Positions 21,184-31,050 of a stretch of 64,000 nucleotides of DNA are shown one piece after another. Numbering within the stretch: position 1 is the stretch's first letter; every line of letters starts with the position of its first letter. The position numbers and the translations under genes are program-made. Source of the stretch: Yuukianura sp. NJ FZ-2021 (lineage: Eukaryota); NCBI GenBank assembly GCA_046563655.1, contig CM102285.1, positions 5,394,001 to 5,458,000 of the forward strand, written 5' to 3'. The notes beneath the pieces were generated by a model. That model was not told the DNA's origin, searched no databases, and saw only the letters and a program-made list of their open reading frames with translations.

Positions 21184-22871
21184 TTATTTGCAACAATTGG
21201 CTGATCGCGGGGTTGCATCTCGGTCGTCAAGTCTCCGTCCTTGAAGTTGACCAGTTCCAGCTGATTCTCCCTTCGGTAATTTTTTGGCTGAAAGGAATAA
21301 CAGTGACTCTGTTTTGTTAAGCCCACTTATTCTTTGGAATTCTGGCTAATAGCTTACTAATTATTCAATGTCTACTAGTTCGTAAGATTTATAACGAGGA
21401 TTTACCGATTGCAAGGAAAATATCAGTGACGTTCATGGCTGTTTTGGCCGATGTTTCCATAAAAAGGAGTCCATTTTCTTCGGCATATGTGTATGCCTCG
21501 TCGTGGTCCACCATACGCTTTGCGGAGAGATCTGACTTGTTACCTGCGAGAGCAATAACGATGGATGGTGATGCCTGACGTTGTAGCTCTTTCACCCATG
21601 TTTTGGCACGGGCAAACGTCTCCTGTGCAAAGAAATTATCACATTAGAGAAATGCCATAGCACAATCTTACAGAATTGGTAATTTGTCATGAATCAACTT
21701 GCCTGATTGGTTACATCATACACGACAACCGCTGCCTGAGCTCCTCTGTAATACATAGGCGCCAGGGAATGATACCTTTCCTGTCCAGCCGTATCCCAGA
21801 TTTCAAATTTTACAGTTGTGTCGTCTAACATTACCGTCTGCGTTAGGAAGGCAGCTGAAATGAAAAATAAGATAACGTTAATTAAGTTGCTGTTATTATA
21901 CTTTGATAATCGGTTAAATTATACCACTCGTACTTGGCAACTTTTAATGGTTAGTTACACTTACAAAGTGCGACAGACGCGCGTGCATTGAGCAACTGCA
22001 ACGCCATATCAATCCTTAATTAAGTAGCATACCGTTACAAATTGGAAATACGTTATACGATAATATTCACATACAAATGTAGAAGATGAGAAGACATAAG
22101 GAAATCAGGTTAGGGCATTTTTACCAAAATCCTAAAACATATATCGAAAAAACAACTTGTGACATGTCTACTATTGAATCGAACAAAAACCAGAATCACA
22201 TCATTGTTCGTTTTACTTTCAAGTTGTTATCAATTTCTTCTCACATTTAAAAAAAAAAACTATATTATAACTTTGACTTACTGAAATAAAAAAAAACAAT
22301 GATTTGAACATTACATTTTAAGTGTCATTTAGGAAACATTTTCATTTTCATTGATACTATCCTAGGTATTAATTTCAATGGTAAGGACCAATCCAGGAAA
22401 TGAGCCGATTCTGTGATAGTTATCGGACGACACGACGACAACCAGAAAGATTGACAAGTTCGACAGATGAAGTAGCTTTCGCTACTAAGTAGAGAGTTAA
22501 GGATAATTGACAACCACGACCCCCACTTACTTTTACATGAACTATTCGACCGACAGATACTAATAGTGCCAGTACAGTAAGATCCAGAACAACCTGTTTC
22601 TGGATTTCACGGCGTTAGATAGTAAACTGCTAATTAGATGTTGAATTCTCTGTCTTACCCCTATTGTGCTCTCCTGGTATTCATGGAATTGTCCCTTGAC
22701 GAACCTCAGAACTAAGCTGGATTTTCCAACGGCGGATTCACCGAGAAGTACCAACTTGAACTGGCAGATTTTGTTCTGGGTCGAGCCTCCGCCATTTGCT
22801 GGCCTGTCTCGTTGCTGACCTGTTGCAGTTGACGCAGCAGCAGCTCCACCACGGCTCACGTTCGAGGACAT
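21184..22871 (-). CDS. Rab5: Rab5 small GTPase; exons 22871-22659, 21854-21703, 21622-21406, 21287-21184 (~228 aa; needs one extra G at the exon 1 donor)
   Basis: Motifs [45 protein letters not shown]...[36 protein letters not shown] and FMETSAK, plus a C-terminal CCK prenylation motif. Confidence 0.95.
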
Positions 22872-24235
22872 GCTCTTCTTCTCGGTATACTATCCTGCAA
22901 ATCAAAGTAAACCCAACGTCATTATTATTATCGCAGCGTTTCTTCACTTGTCGATCGATACAGGAGGGTCTTAATTGGAAGCAAGTTATCGGTATCTACT
23001 CAGATGTCGGTATCAGAGGAAGGACTGGCGGCAGAGTTCGGGTCATTAGGGAGAGGTTTTAACTTTTAAGGGTTTGAATTCGTGGAATTAGGGAGAATTT
23101 AGGAAGTGTTTGGTTCCGAAACCATGGCAAGTCGGGACCGCGAGCCCAATTGTCAATGTGAGTTAAAAAATTTTGTTTAAGACATGATATGACTACAACA
23201 AAACCGTCTGTATAAGTTGTTCTACCTGAACGGGTAGTACTTTTACTTTTTGTCCTATTATGACTAAGACGATGACCCAATGACCAAAACCAGATTATTT
23301 CTTATTTACCTTTACTATTAATCTAATTGTGCCATCTAATTAGGAAGTGCCGTACAACTAATTAAAGGTGTGTCCCAGTCGCGGGACAGCGGGTCAATTT
23401 CAATTCTGTTATACATTTTCACACCACCGGGATAGTTATGATGTTGATGTACCTCAAAATCAAATCCTTAAATCCACCACACCCATTGTCCATTGTGTCC
23501 TCATATTGAATTAGTCCTTACGCATTGGAAAGGTACTAGATTATGACATAACTGTTATACCGTCATTTGAGAACATGAAACTACGGTTAGATACTCGTAT
23601 TCTTCGGTGTAAGATTCGTTAATATGCCTAACCAGTTACAAAAAGTGGATTTAGTATGTTTCTCTAATCAAGCACTAGCCCAATTATTCGCTAATTTAGC
23701 TAACAATTGTGAATTTTACCTTACTAGTAAAGTAATACTAGTTCTCACTTCGTAATCAAGTGGTGTCGCTACGTTTCTTGTTGATTTCGGAACAGTCGTC
23801 GTTGCAGAAGTTACTTGCAGTGGTTTCGATCCAACACCCGATTAAGTTTTTTATGTTTTAACCTGATTCCCTTTATTTTTAATTTTGAGTCAGATTGACA
23901 GCCTCTAAAGGAATCCTCCTACTTCTACTTCATGTTCGTACTTTAGAACTTTTATTACACATTCTGGTTGCAGTCAACTTAAGGCCGCACTTATGTACTC
24001 ATGTGTAGGAGGTGCGCCCGTTGATTCCAATTCGAACTCATCGAGGTGTACTCTGATGGCTTCAACGTAAACTTATATTCTTGGGAACGTGCTATCTTTA
24101 CTAAAATTGTTCTAAAAAAACGTATTAGTACACAACTCGATTAGAACAGGACAAAGTAGAGAATTCGAAAAGAAAAAGATCGGGATTGGGAACATAGTGT
24201 TGCCCACACCTCCAGGCGGTCCGCCGACGAAAGCG

Positions 24236-24357
24236 TAAATACAAATCGTACTCTTACAAAGGAGTAAAATTTACAAAAGCTACTTTACAAATTCGTAACC
24301 TTCAAAATAGTAAACCTACAAAACCGTATCCTTACAAAAAAGTATTCCTACAAAAGA
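24236..24357. repeat. Degenerate ~15-16-bp tandem repeat (..GTA....TACAAA) between the divergent Rab5 and TFIIS genes
   Basis: About 8 copies, e.g. GTAAATACAAA, GTACTCTTACAAA, GTAAAATTTACAAAA, GTATCCTTACAAAA. Confidence 0.5.
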
Positions 24358-25399
24358 GGATGTGGGTCAATAATACTTTTTTAATCTTTCTCAAAAGTAG
24401 CTTTGTGATTTGGGGTTAACAGAAAATTTTTTTTAGCAATCATTTTGGTTATGTTTTTCAAATTAGGTTAGGTTGTGCTGCTTTTTGTTTTTGGTATTTG
24501 GTTAGCTTAAATAGGTTATTTTAGTTTATAATAGGCAGTATGTAGGAATTCTCCAATTCTCTTAGGTTAGGTGTTTTGGGTGCGTGAACGTGTGTAAGTT
24601 CATGGACATTTAGAATCTACTAACAGTCGTTCTGCGAAAATGCCCCACTGCGGTGTTGGACTTTTTGGTTGTTTTGCAATTTTTGAGGTGAGGATTTTCA
24701 AGAAGATAGCAGAAGAAAGACTTACATGAGCGGAGCGCAGTAAATGACCAAAACAACAACGCACCGTATGGGTACAGCTGTCACTTCGTGCTGACTGCAA
24801 CCAGAGGATGCGATTTGAATCATCGGGCCAAAAGTAAGATATAAGGGATATACTTTACAAACAGAGAAACTGATTGGGCCTCCTATGCATTATACTGCCT
24901 GCCACCGGATTTCTACGTCTACCTCTAGTGTCTAGTACGTTGTCCACCAGTCTGATTCTCAAATTAAGAATTGCGAAGCTTTTTAGGAGGGAAAAGGGCA
25001 GAACGTACTAACGAAATAGTGCCGCCACACTGATACCACTGGCTGAACATCAAACGTTAACACTGTCGAGTCTCTGTTGCAATTTGCGCCTTGCCTTACC
25101 TGGAGACGACCGACAAGGAGGTGAGATAGGTAGATTCTTAAGTCTAAGTCATTCATAGTTTATAATTGTTCCGAGCCATCTTGATCAAGATCATGAACAC
25201 AAACATGAATTTCCGCAGTATTTTTCATTTGTTTTCAATCAGCGACGTTTACAAGTGGATGTCGCTTACAGTAAAGCAAAAGTTATTCTGTTCAGGTCAA
25301 TCATGTGACGTGTAAATTACAGATGGATTTACTGATTTCCTTTCTCTTGAATAGTTTGCAGCAGTCTCACCCTCTCAAATCGCTTCAAACAAGGGCCAG

Positions 25400-28225
25400 A
25401 TGTCAGGCACAATTTCCCCTGCGTCCGAAGAACGGATTTCTTCGATTCAAAGGAAGCTGGAGATAATGACAGAGGCAGGGGCGGTACGTACTATTAATTT
25501 AGGAGTGACTTATACTTACTAAGATACTATGACTATGAAAACTTGAGGAAGAGTGAATTTAGACAGTTTCTCCTTAAAAAGTACGGCATCACCTTTGAAA
25601 AATAAGTATAAGTACTAAGTAGAAAAAATAGTCACTGGAGATTGGGCGCAGGAAAGAACAAAAGGACGCGGATGAAACAGTTTTCCAATTTAACTTTCCT
25701 GACGACAACCTCAGAAAGTACTACTAAGTGCCCATATAAATTTGTTCAGTTGAATTACATGACGTGATTTTCTGATATCATGCATGACCCTGTCGTTATT
25801 GCGTCATTTTCGGTCATTCTCTTATGTCAAAAGTTATATTTGGCTAGTTCCTCACCAAACACGGTCGCATGCGCAAAGGAGATGCTGTACTCATTACCTA
25901 TTCCTTTCTAACTCTCAAATTGGCGTTGACTGATTGAGTAGTGAATGTGCTAACCTTTTACGGAACCATTACCTACCAAATAACTCAATTAATAGGCTTA
26001 GGTACATATTGGTTTGGTGTATTTATTTTTAGGATAAAAGTCGTGCTCTTGACTACTTGAAGACATTGAGAGACACTCCTATAAACCTCTCAATCCTTAC
26101 AAACACTCGAATTGGCATGACTGTTAACAAGCTGAGGAAGGCTAGCAACGACAAAGATGTGATCGTACTCGCAAAAACACTGATTCGGAAGTGGAAGAAA
26201 TGTCTCCCAGGTCTGTCATAAACGTTGTTATTATTATTATAGTCGCTATCTTATTATCACCGTTCGCTGATGTTATTGATTTAAGAATGGTTTAAATGCC
26301 TTTTGTAGACACTGATGGAAGCGAATCGCCTAGTACAACGGCCAGTAAATCGATAGATCGTCGTACGGACTCCGACGGCGACGGAGATAGTTCTAACCAA
26401 GGATGCACGAGCGTCAAACGCCAAAAAACTGAAGACCAGCCGCCTCCAGCACCAAATGTAACGTCACGCCCGCAGTTCCAGACTTCGTTTCCACCTCCTT
26501 CTAACACTACCGACTCAGTCAGGCTCAAGTGCAGGGAAATGCTGTGCGCCGCTATTAAAGGAGACGAGAGTGAGCTTTTTTAATATTTCGTATATCAACA
26601 ACCTGGGTTAATTTAGTTTGAGGAGGGACGGTAACATTCGACATCACATGATTTTCATTCACTTCTGGTGTTTGTGAATTCTGAAGTTCGTTTGTTCCCC
26701 TTTCCCATGGCTAAGCTGTTGGAAATTCCACCAGATATTTTGTACACAGACCCTCTGTATGATAGAATTGAGTGCCAATGAAAAAAAGGGATAGTTTTGT
26801 AGTGTCGTTTCTCTCTATGGTATTACTTATTCAGTTGTACTTAAAGTCTAATTGGAAATCAAATCATGTGCTAGCAAATTTTGGCAGTACCACCGCTTTA
26901 ATTCCCAATTCAGTAAATACTTTTTGTCATGGTTTCCATTAAACTTTGACATTGCCTCCCCGGACATAGGACAAGCGCTACCTCTACCTACAGTTTTACC
27001 AACTACACAAATTACGAGACTTAAAATATGATTTGTGTTATTTATGCAGATTTCCCAGATGGCTCCAACGATCCTGAGATGTTGGCTGAACGTCTGGAAG
27101 ACGAAATTTTTAAGGAGTTTAAAAACACAGATTTCAAGTATAAAAACAGAATTCGGAGTCGGGTGGCTAATTTGAAGGACACTAAAAATCCCAATCTGCG
27201 CATAAATTTTCTGCAAGGTTCTATTAGCGCAGCAAGGCTGGCTAAGATGACTGCGGAGGTAAAGTTATCTACCATTCTTGTCTTGGAAATCCTATTTCAG
27301 TTTCTGGTAATAAATACCCAACGTTGTGTTCTACTATGGTTGTTAGGAGATGGCGAGCGACGACATGAAGGCAATGCGGGAGAGTTTCATAAAAGAAGGC
27401 ATCAACGACTCTCAGCTGGCTATGAATCAAGGAACAAAGACTGACCTCCTTAAATGCTCGAAGTGCAACAAGAGAAATTGCACTTACAACCAGGTACTAT
27501 ATATTTTACAGATGAATGAACAAAGTGAAAGAAAAAAGTTGAAGGCGAAAGTCGCGCGAAACCTATCAAGCAGGCTACAACGCCTGATAGACGTTAACGC
27601 TGGTTTCGGTTAGCAAGTAGAATAAAGTAAATCGAACTGTCAAATGGCAAAACCTGAGTGGGGGCGAAGTTTTGTTGCTGCTGTTCGCGTAGTAGTAGTC
27701 TATTCCCTAGGCCACTTTTCGGACTTGTAGTGATTATTCGATGTTGATTTTTGTTGTTAGTCAAGTGTTTCGAATTCATTTTTGTAAGACTGATTTTAAG
27801 CTAACGTCGGGATGAAATGAGTCAGCATTTGAGAAAATATCCCAAGGCTTATGTCCATCGAAAAATTTCCTTTCGGAGACAATTTCTTATAAGATTGGTT
27901 AGTAGGCGAGCACTCCTAATAGTGTCACTTGAAATCATAATCAGTGCTGTGTTAAAAACTGATTAATATAAAGTTGGTAGCTCGTGATTTTGGTAGTAAC
28001 TCAACCTTCATTACTATAAGTGGTGAGATTACGGTCCTAATAATTCCCGCTCGGCTCAGAGTTAGTAGGAAATACATTCGGTGTTTCATCTTTCTGGTGT
28101 TCTTATTTACTCCGGATTTAATTTCTTGTTTTGATTCCTTATAGATCCAAACTAGGAGTGCAGATGAGCCGATGACTACCTTCGTCTTATGCAACGAGTG
28201 TGGGAACCGTTGGAAGTTTTGTTAA
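25400..28225 (+). CDS. TfIIS: Transcription elongation factor S-II; exons 25400-25483, 26033-26210, 26309-26569, 27050-27258, 27347-27493, 28145-28225; 960 nt, 319 aa
   Basis: Domain I ([15 protein letters not shown]...[10 protein letters not shown]), central domain ([34 protein letters not shown]) and Zn ribbon ([39 protein letters not shown]). All introns are GT-AG and in frame. Confidence 0.96.
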
Positions 28226-28486
28226 GTTAGCAGTAAGTATTGTTTACGACATGATCTAAATTGTTTAGAATATTAAATTATAAAGAAATTGATTAGAAAC
28301 CACAACTTCAATTTCGTCTAATTCCTTTTTCAAAGTTTATTGATTTTAAATAATACATGCGCTAGAGCTCTTGATCCAGTTGTGAGGTGATGTATCCGTA
28401 TTACTTAGATATCCCCGTCCTGTCTTTTGAAATGCCGAACGGTCTAGCAGTCATTTTGCACCTTTTTTTTTCTACGCCGCGTTTTC

Positions 28487-28995
28487 CGAAGCACGCCATT
28501 AGATCGAAAAAAATACATCGCAGAAAAAGACATCGAAAAGAAACACATCGAAAAGAAACACATCGAAAACGTAAACACATCGAAACTAAAGACATCGAAA
28601 AAAAGACATAGAAAATACAAACACATCGAAACAAAAGACATCGAAAACTAACCTCAGTCAGCCAAACCTACGCACGTAATCACTATTGCGTGCTTTGCCA
28701 ACCATAACGTGATTTACGAAAGCGTGCTTTACCAAACCTAAAGTTTTCATTTTTAGGCTGAAACTGCAAGCACAAGTTTCGTTGGAATTTCCGCGCCGAA
28801 GGCGTGGCGTTCGGTTTGGTAAAGCACGCAATAGTGATTGCGTGCGTAGGTTTGGCTGACTGAGGTTAGTTTTCGATGTCTTTTTTTATGTCGTTTGTTT
28901 CGATGTGTTTATATTTTCGATGTGTTTCTTTTCGATGTCTTTTTCTCCGATGTCTTTTTCTTCGATGTATTTTTTTTCGATGAAATGGCATGGAC
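28487..28995. mobile_element. Foldback/Mutator-like MITE (~510 bp) with long imperfect TIRs made of (ACATCGAAAA..)n repeats
   Basis: Arms 28492-28700 and 28813-28992 are inverted copies (AAAACTAACCTCAGTCAGCCAAACCTACGCACG / CGTGCGTAGGTTTGGCTGACTGAGGTTAGTTTT). The direct repeat CCGCGTTTTC flanks it at 28477-28486 and 28996-29005. Confidence 0.75.
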
Positions 28996-29221
28996 CCGCG
29001 TTTTCAGTTGCTGAAAAGAAAAGTCGACGTAGTAAAAATTTTTCGTTGCAGATTTTTTCAAATGTTTTTGCTGGTGATCTCCTCCCATATGTTTTAGCAT
29101 ATGTATTAGAGCTCCATTGTAAAAATAAGGTACCTAAGAAAGTTACTGCAAAAACATGTCATTTTACATTGGCTGCTCTTATTAATCCCCCTTAAGGTAA
29201 GAATTGTTATGTGGAAGTGCG

Positions 29222-29515
29222 AAGATGAACCTGTAAACCAAACGCGTACGTTATACGTCAAATACAGTATGGTACGCGCGCTAAAATATTTTAAAATATT
29301 TTTAGCGCTTTACTGAGGAATATGTTTTTTCCCTCAATAATAATGTCGCATTTATTTTTAGTACCTTGACTATTTGTTTCAAAGTAGCTACATACTCTTA
29401 TTTGCCTTTAACGTAATGGTATCACAATGCAAAGATGAACCTCCAAACCAAAGACGTACGCTCATCGTGAAATGTAATACTGTTCGCGTGCTAAAAATAT
29501 TTTTAAATATTTTTT
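29222..29515. repeat. Diverged direct duplication (~83-bp core, ~210-bp spacing)
   Basis: AAGATGAACCT..AAACCAAA..CGTACG...CGCG.GCTAAAA(A)TATTTT at 29222 and 29432. Confidence 0.6.
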
Positions 29516-29526
29516 ACCTATTAACC

Positions 29527-30290
29527 TAACTGAGATTAGCTGACACATATTCTAGACGCATGTGGGCCTGATCGTATGAATAGTTGGTCACTTTATTTTT
29601 GGCAAACCCTTGGCGGATTTGGGCAGCTAGTTTTTCGCTGGGATTCACTTGGCGAATATAATACTCGGCTGATTCGACTGTATTCTTGTATTTGGTGGTT
29701 GTTGCCGGACCTCGCCAACAAAATCATGCATCACCCTTTTTAATTTCAAAATTGAATTGAGTGTTGTGTGGGAACAGTTTTTGGGTGGTAAATATGCCCA
29801 GAAACGCACGCTCAATCATTTCAAACGTTTGACTATATTTTGCCAAGTTTAATCGCGCCTTGTAACTCGGGTTTGTGTCGTAGTTCTCCATGACATCTCC
29901 TGCATCATAACCCACTTTTGACAATGTGCTGCATTTATTTCCAATGTCGTTAAAATGTTGAGTGAGCATTCAGGCTTCATACGAGTATGCTCGGTATCCT
30001 TGGGCAATTATTGGGGAATTGTTGACCAAAACTTTGAAATAGTCAATGAACGTATGAAAAAAATAAATTTTCCATCGCAATTTTGTCTGCATCGGTGAGC
30101 GGAGTTCCATCGCTTTTTTTAATTGAAAACACGTGTTTCCAACTTGGTATACTTGGACATGTCCGATTCTTTGTTAAAACTAGTACTAGTTTTAAAAAAG
30201 AATCGGACATGTCCAAGTAACCATGCGCTGGTTGTTCCACTCGAAAGTAGATTGGGTTGTGTGTCGATGGTGAAAAGGGTTTCACTACTA
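29527..30290 (-). pseudogene. Second, divergent Polinton-type major capsid gene fragment (pseudogene)
   Basis: Translates as NPIYFRVEQPAHGYLDMSDSF...[31 protein letters not shown]...AYSYEA*MLTQ...TNPSYKARLNLAK...FEMI...FAKNKVTNYSYD. It aligns colinearly with the MCP at 6673-7982. Lesions: stops at 29970-29972 and 29724-29726, a frameshift in the A7 run at 30057-30063, and truncation at both ends. Confidence 0.88.
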
Positions 30291-30292
30291 TT

Positions 30293-31050
30293 TCGAGTCA
30301 AATTTTGGTTTAGCCACAGCGAACGACGACTGCTTCAACAATATTATACAAAATCTCCTTGCCAGCCTACATGGAGCTGGTGATAATGACTGTAACCTTT
30401 TCAATGGGTTGTCTAAATTTGAGTATTTCTGAACACAATTCTCCTTGAGGTTCCACTTCGCTTAAAATTAACTTATGGTTAAGTAGATATGGTACTAGAC
30501 AACTTAATCAAGCTGTTTATGTTTCCGTTTTTAAGTGAAAAAAGCTCATCAAGTTGTATTTTGACCGCTAGGCTAGGCTATGCATTCGTTCTGAAATTTT
30601 ATAAACGCGCAAACGCAGGGCAGTTGCTTGTCGGACACGATAATATTTTCAGTGCAATTGTTTTATATGTGATTGAAGTCTCCACTCGAGTCAAATTTTG
30701 GTTTAACCACAGCGGACGATGACTGCTTCAATGGTATTGTACAAAAACTACTTGCCAGCTTACATAGAGCTGGTGATAATGACTGTTTAACCTTTTCAAT
30801 GGGTTGTCTAAATTTGAGTATTTCTGAACACAATTCTCCTTGAGGTTCCACTTCGCTTAAAATTAACTTATGGTTAAGTAGATATGGTACTAGGCAACTT
30901 AATCAAGCTGTTTATGTTTCCGTTTTTAAGTGAAAAAAGCTCATTAAGTTGTATTCTGACCGCTAGGCTATGCATTCGTTCTGGAATTTTAGAAACGCGC
31001 AAACGCAGGGCAGTTGCTTGTCGGACACGACCATATAGTGCGATTGTTTT
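30293..31050. repeat. Two-copy tandem duplication, period ~393 bp
   Basis: TCGAGTCAAATTTTGGTTTA starts at 30293 and 30686. The copies are highly similar through GCAGTTGCTTGTCGGACACGA. Confidence 0.9.

Noticed and set aside
28387..29195. Short ORFs rich in HRKET / FSMCF repeats
   Set aside because: These are translations of the foldback element's tandem repeats.
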